Shown: positions 61,901-64,000 of the stretch, piece by piece
How the letters are laid out: each line of letters opens with the position of its first letter
Position numbering within the stretch: position 1 is the first letter of the stretch
Source: Takakia lepidozioides
Lineage: Eukaryota > Plantae > Bryophyta
Reading direction: 5' to 3'
Length of the DNA: 64,000 nucleotides
Assembly (NCBI GenBank): GCA_030704615.1
Contig: CM060732.1
Coordinates: forward strand, 45,446,001-45,510,000
Program-made: the position numbers and the translations under genes
Notes under the pieces: generated by a model
What the model was told of the DNA's origin: nothing
The model's input: the letters and a program-made list of their open reading frames with translations, nothing else
Database searches by the model: none

Positions 61901-63089
61901 ATCTGCTGCCCAGAGATCCTCTGACGAGCTTTAAGGAAAAAATACCGGTTCAATTTTTCACCTTTTAAAGACCAATTAATCCCCGCTTTCATCCTCATGA
62001 AACGGTCTTTAGATAGGTGCAACTTAGCCAGCCTGGATTTAGCCTCCAGTAGGGAGATAAGAGTCTGAGGACCATGGAGGTTTTTTTCAATCTGATTCTG
62101 AGAAACGCTCAAACATTTAATGAGAGCCCTCTCGTATCTGGAATTCTTTTGCGCAGCTTCGTTGGCCAGCTTTAAACCAAGCTTACGACAAGCATCAAGC
62201 TTATTGAAGAAATTCAATGTAGGCGAGAGAGAAGGAGAGGAAGAGCTGGACCAACAATCCTTAAGAGCATCCAAACTGGTCTGGTTAGACAAAATACTGA
62301 TGTTAAGCCTACTCAGCCCCCTACCTCTAGCTCTAGGTCCAGGAGTTTTTATCCGAGCTGAAACTTCAGCATGATCAAAGTCTGCAAGCACGGAACCCAT
62401 AGGCATGTACTGGAACCAAGACGCAAGAGAAGAGGAAAAATAAATACGGTCAAGTCTGGCCACGCATAAACCCGGCGGAGACCAATTGTTGGTCCAAGAG
62501 AATGCGGTAGAAAGAGGAAAGTGATAGCTGTCTGCAAGACCCACACATAATATGAGTGCTTCCATTCAAAAGCTTCCAAATTGGAAAGTTCTGGAGAATG
62601 AAACCCCCAAACGATCCTTCGGAGACTCTACCATATTAAAATCACCAGCCAAAATCCAATGGACAACTAAGGGACATTCGAGGATTTTATCTCTAATCAT
62701 ACCCCAAACCCGTGCCCTCTCTGGACCCAAGTTCGGGGCATAAACATTGATCAAGCCAATCGACCCACCTCATTTGGGGGATTAATGAAAAGGCACTGGA
62801 CTCTTCCTTGACTCCAAACAGCACAAGAAGAGATATAGGGAAGAGGAGGAAGACTGACGAGGCAGGCCGTGCCTCCTCGTGTGCCTTCCGAGGTTGGGTT
62901 CCACCATGCAGCCTGCTTAGGCCATGACTGATTACCAAGGTTAGAGATTTTAAGTTTGTGTTCTTGAATGAGAATGATTGAGGGGGAAGAAGCCAATGAA
63001 AGGAGCCATCTTTTAACCCTTGTACGTTTTGGGACAGAGGGTTCCGCACCAATCCCTCTGATATTCCATGAGTGAATATTGAAATTCAT
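58940..63089 (-). mobile_element. L1-clade LINE ORF2 (APE endonuclease, RT, zf-RVT), heavily decayed; ORF1 remnant probably at 63090-64000
   Basis: SWNIRG, LIQEHK, INVYAPN, WILAGDFNMV, ARLDRIY, NYRPITLLNTTYKIIAKALA, RQGCPLSPFLF, MYADDT, GGLGMLD and LWHIWKARC, spread over many frameshifted ORFs. Confidence 0.93.
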
Positions 63090-64000
63090 GGTGGGTGAAT
63101 TGGATCACTTGAGGCCCAAGGAGTCTCCCTGAAATGATGGCCTAAACTTGCAAGGCACCGAACTTCGTTCTTTTATCATGAGGAGGAAGAACTGACACCC
63201 ACTCAAACAGAGAAGAGGATATAATATCCGAGCTAGAAAGCTGAAGAAATCCCACCCAGGTCTGTCGACCTTAGCCCTCGGGCTAGAAGAACAAAGAATT
63301 GCCGCTTACTTCGTTGATTAAAAGAAATTTGGGATCCGAAGACCCAAAGCCTCAACAAGGAGGAAAGAATAAGAGCCACCAGTTCGAGACGGGTTAAGCC
63401 TAAAGAAGAGAGACTCAGAGCAGGGAGGAGCTTCGGGACAAATTTAGCAACCAGAACCTAGCATGGCACTGAAGAGAGATGCACATAAATAAAGAAGGGA
63501 GTGACAAAAGGTAGCATCGTAGAGTCAGGCTACTGGGTCAAGCTGCAGGGGATGCTGCAATTGATCCCCATAGGAACCAAGGAATTCTCCACTGCGACAA
63601 GAGTAGCGGGGGGGATAATTACCAGAGGGTTAGGAAGCCCAAAAGCTACCAGAGCTTGAGGGGAGACCTTTGGAGTTGGGGGTACACCGCCAGAGGAGAA
63701 TAATTCCCATGGTCGCCCTAAGAGCTTCGCTCCTCATTCTCCACATCCTGCTGCACTTGCTTACCCTTAGAAGAGCTCCGCAACCTCTCCTTCTTAGCTT
63801 GGATGGCCTGGATTATTTGACAACCTACTACAGGGCCATGGTAGCCATGTCCTGTTCTTCGAAGTCCATATTAGCCCTAAAATCGTCTGGGATGGCACTA
63901 CCATTCGACCAACAGCCTCCCCAGCTGTCATCAGTTAGAACATCCTTGTGTTCCAAAACCACCAGGACTTGAACGGTGGCGAATGAGGAGTGTTTGCAGT

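Overview
Eukaryotic nuclear DNA with GT-AG introns, most consistent with a non-seed land plant such as a bryophyte or lycophyte; the species cannot be determined. The left half (1-33 kb) is gene-rich: a truncated VLIG/GBP-type large GTPase gene, an intact 8-exon catalase (492 aa), an At5g03900-like plastid protein gene, an intronless plastid LEA-like gene, a PPR fragment, a MITE, SINEs and eIF4B. The right half (about 34-64 kb) is a transposon nest. A decayed Sola-like (DUF7869-type) DNA transposase gene is split by two insertions, and a decayed L1 LINE follows. The first insertion is a chromoviral Ty3/Gypsy element (37509-43524, TSD TACAT). The second is a 10.7-kb Mutator-like element (45404-56133, 9-bp TSD GCTGTCAAC) and is the main finding. 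Besides its GCM-like/DDE/SWIM transposase, it carries a divergent, apparently intact 9-exon gene (about 1095 aa). This gene fuses a ParB/Srx-like domain (DGNHR) to a prokaryote-type beta-class amino-DNA-methyltransferase fold (4mC/6mA type). Two of its introns hold an array of 22-bp palindromes (TGAATGKCGT-TG-ACGMCATTCA). Together these form a candidate transposon-encoded self-marking or anti-silencing system. All family assignments come from motif recognition by eye, not database searches.
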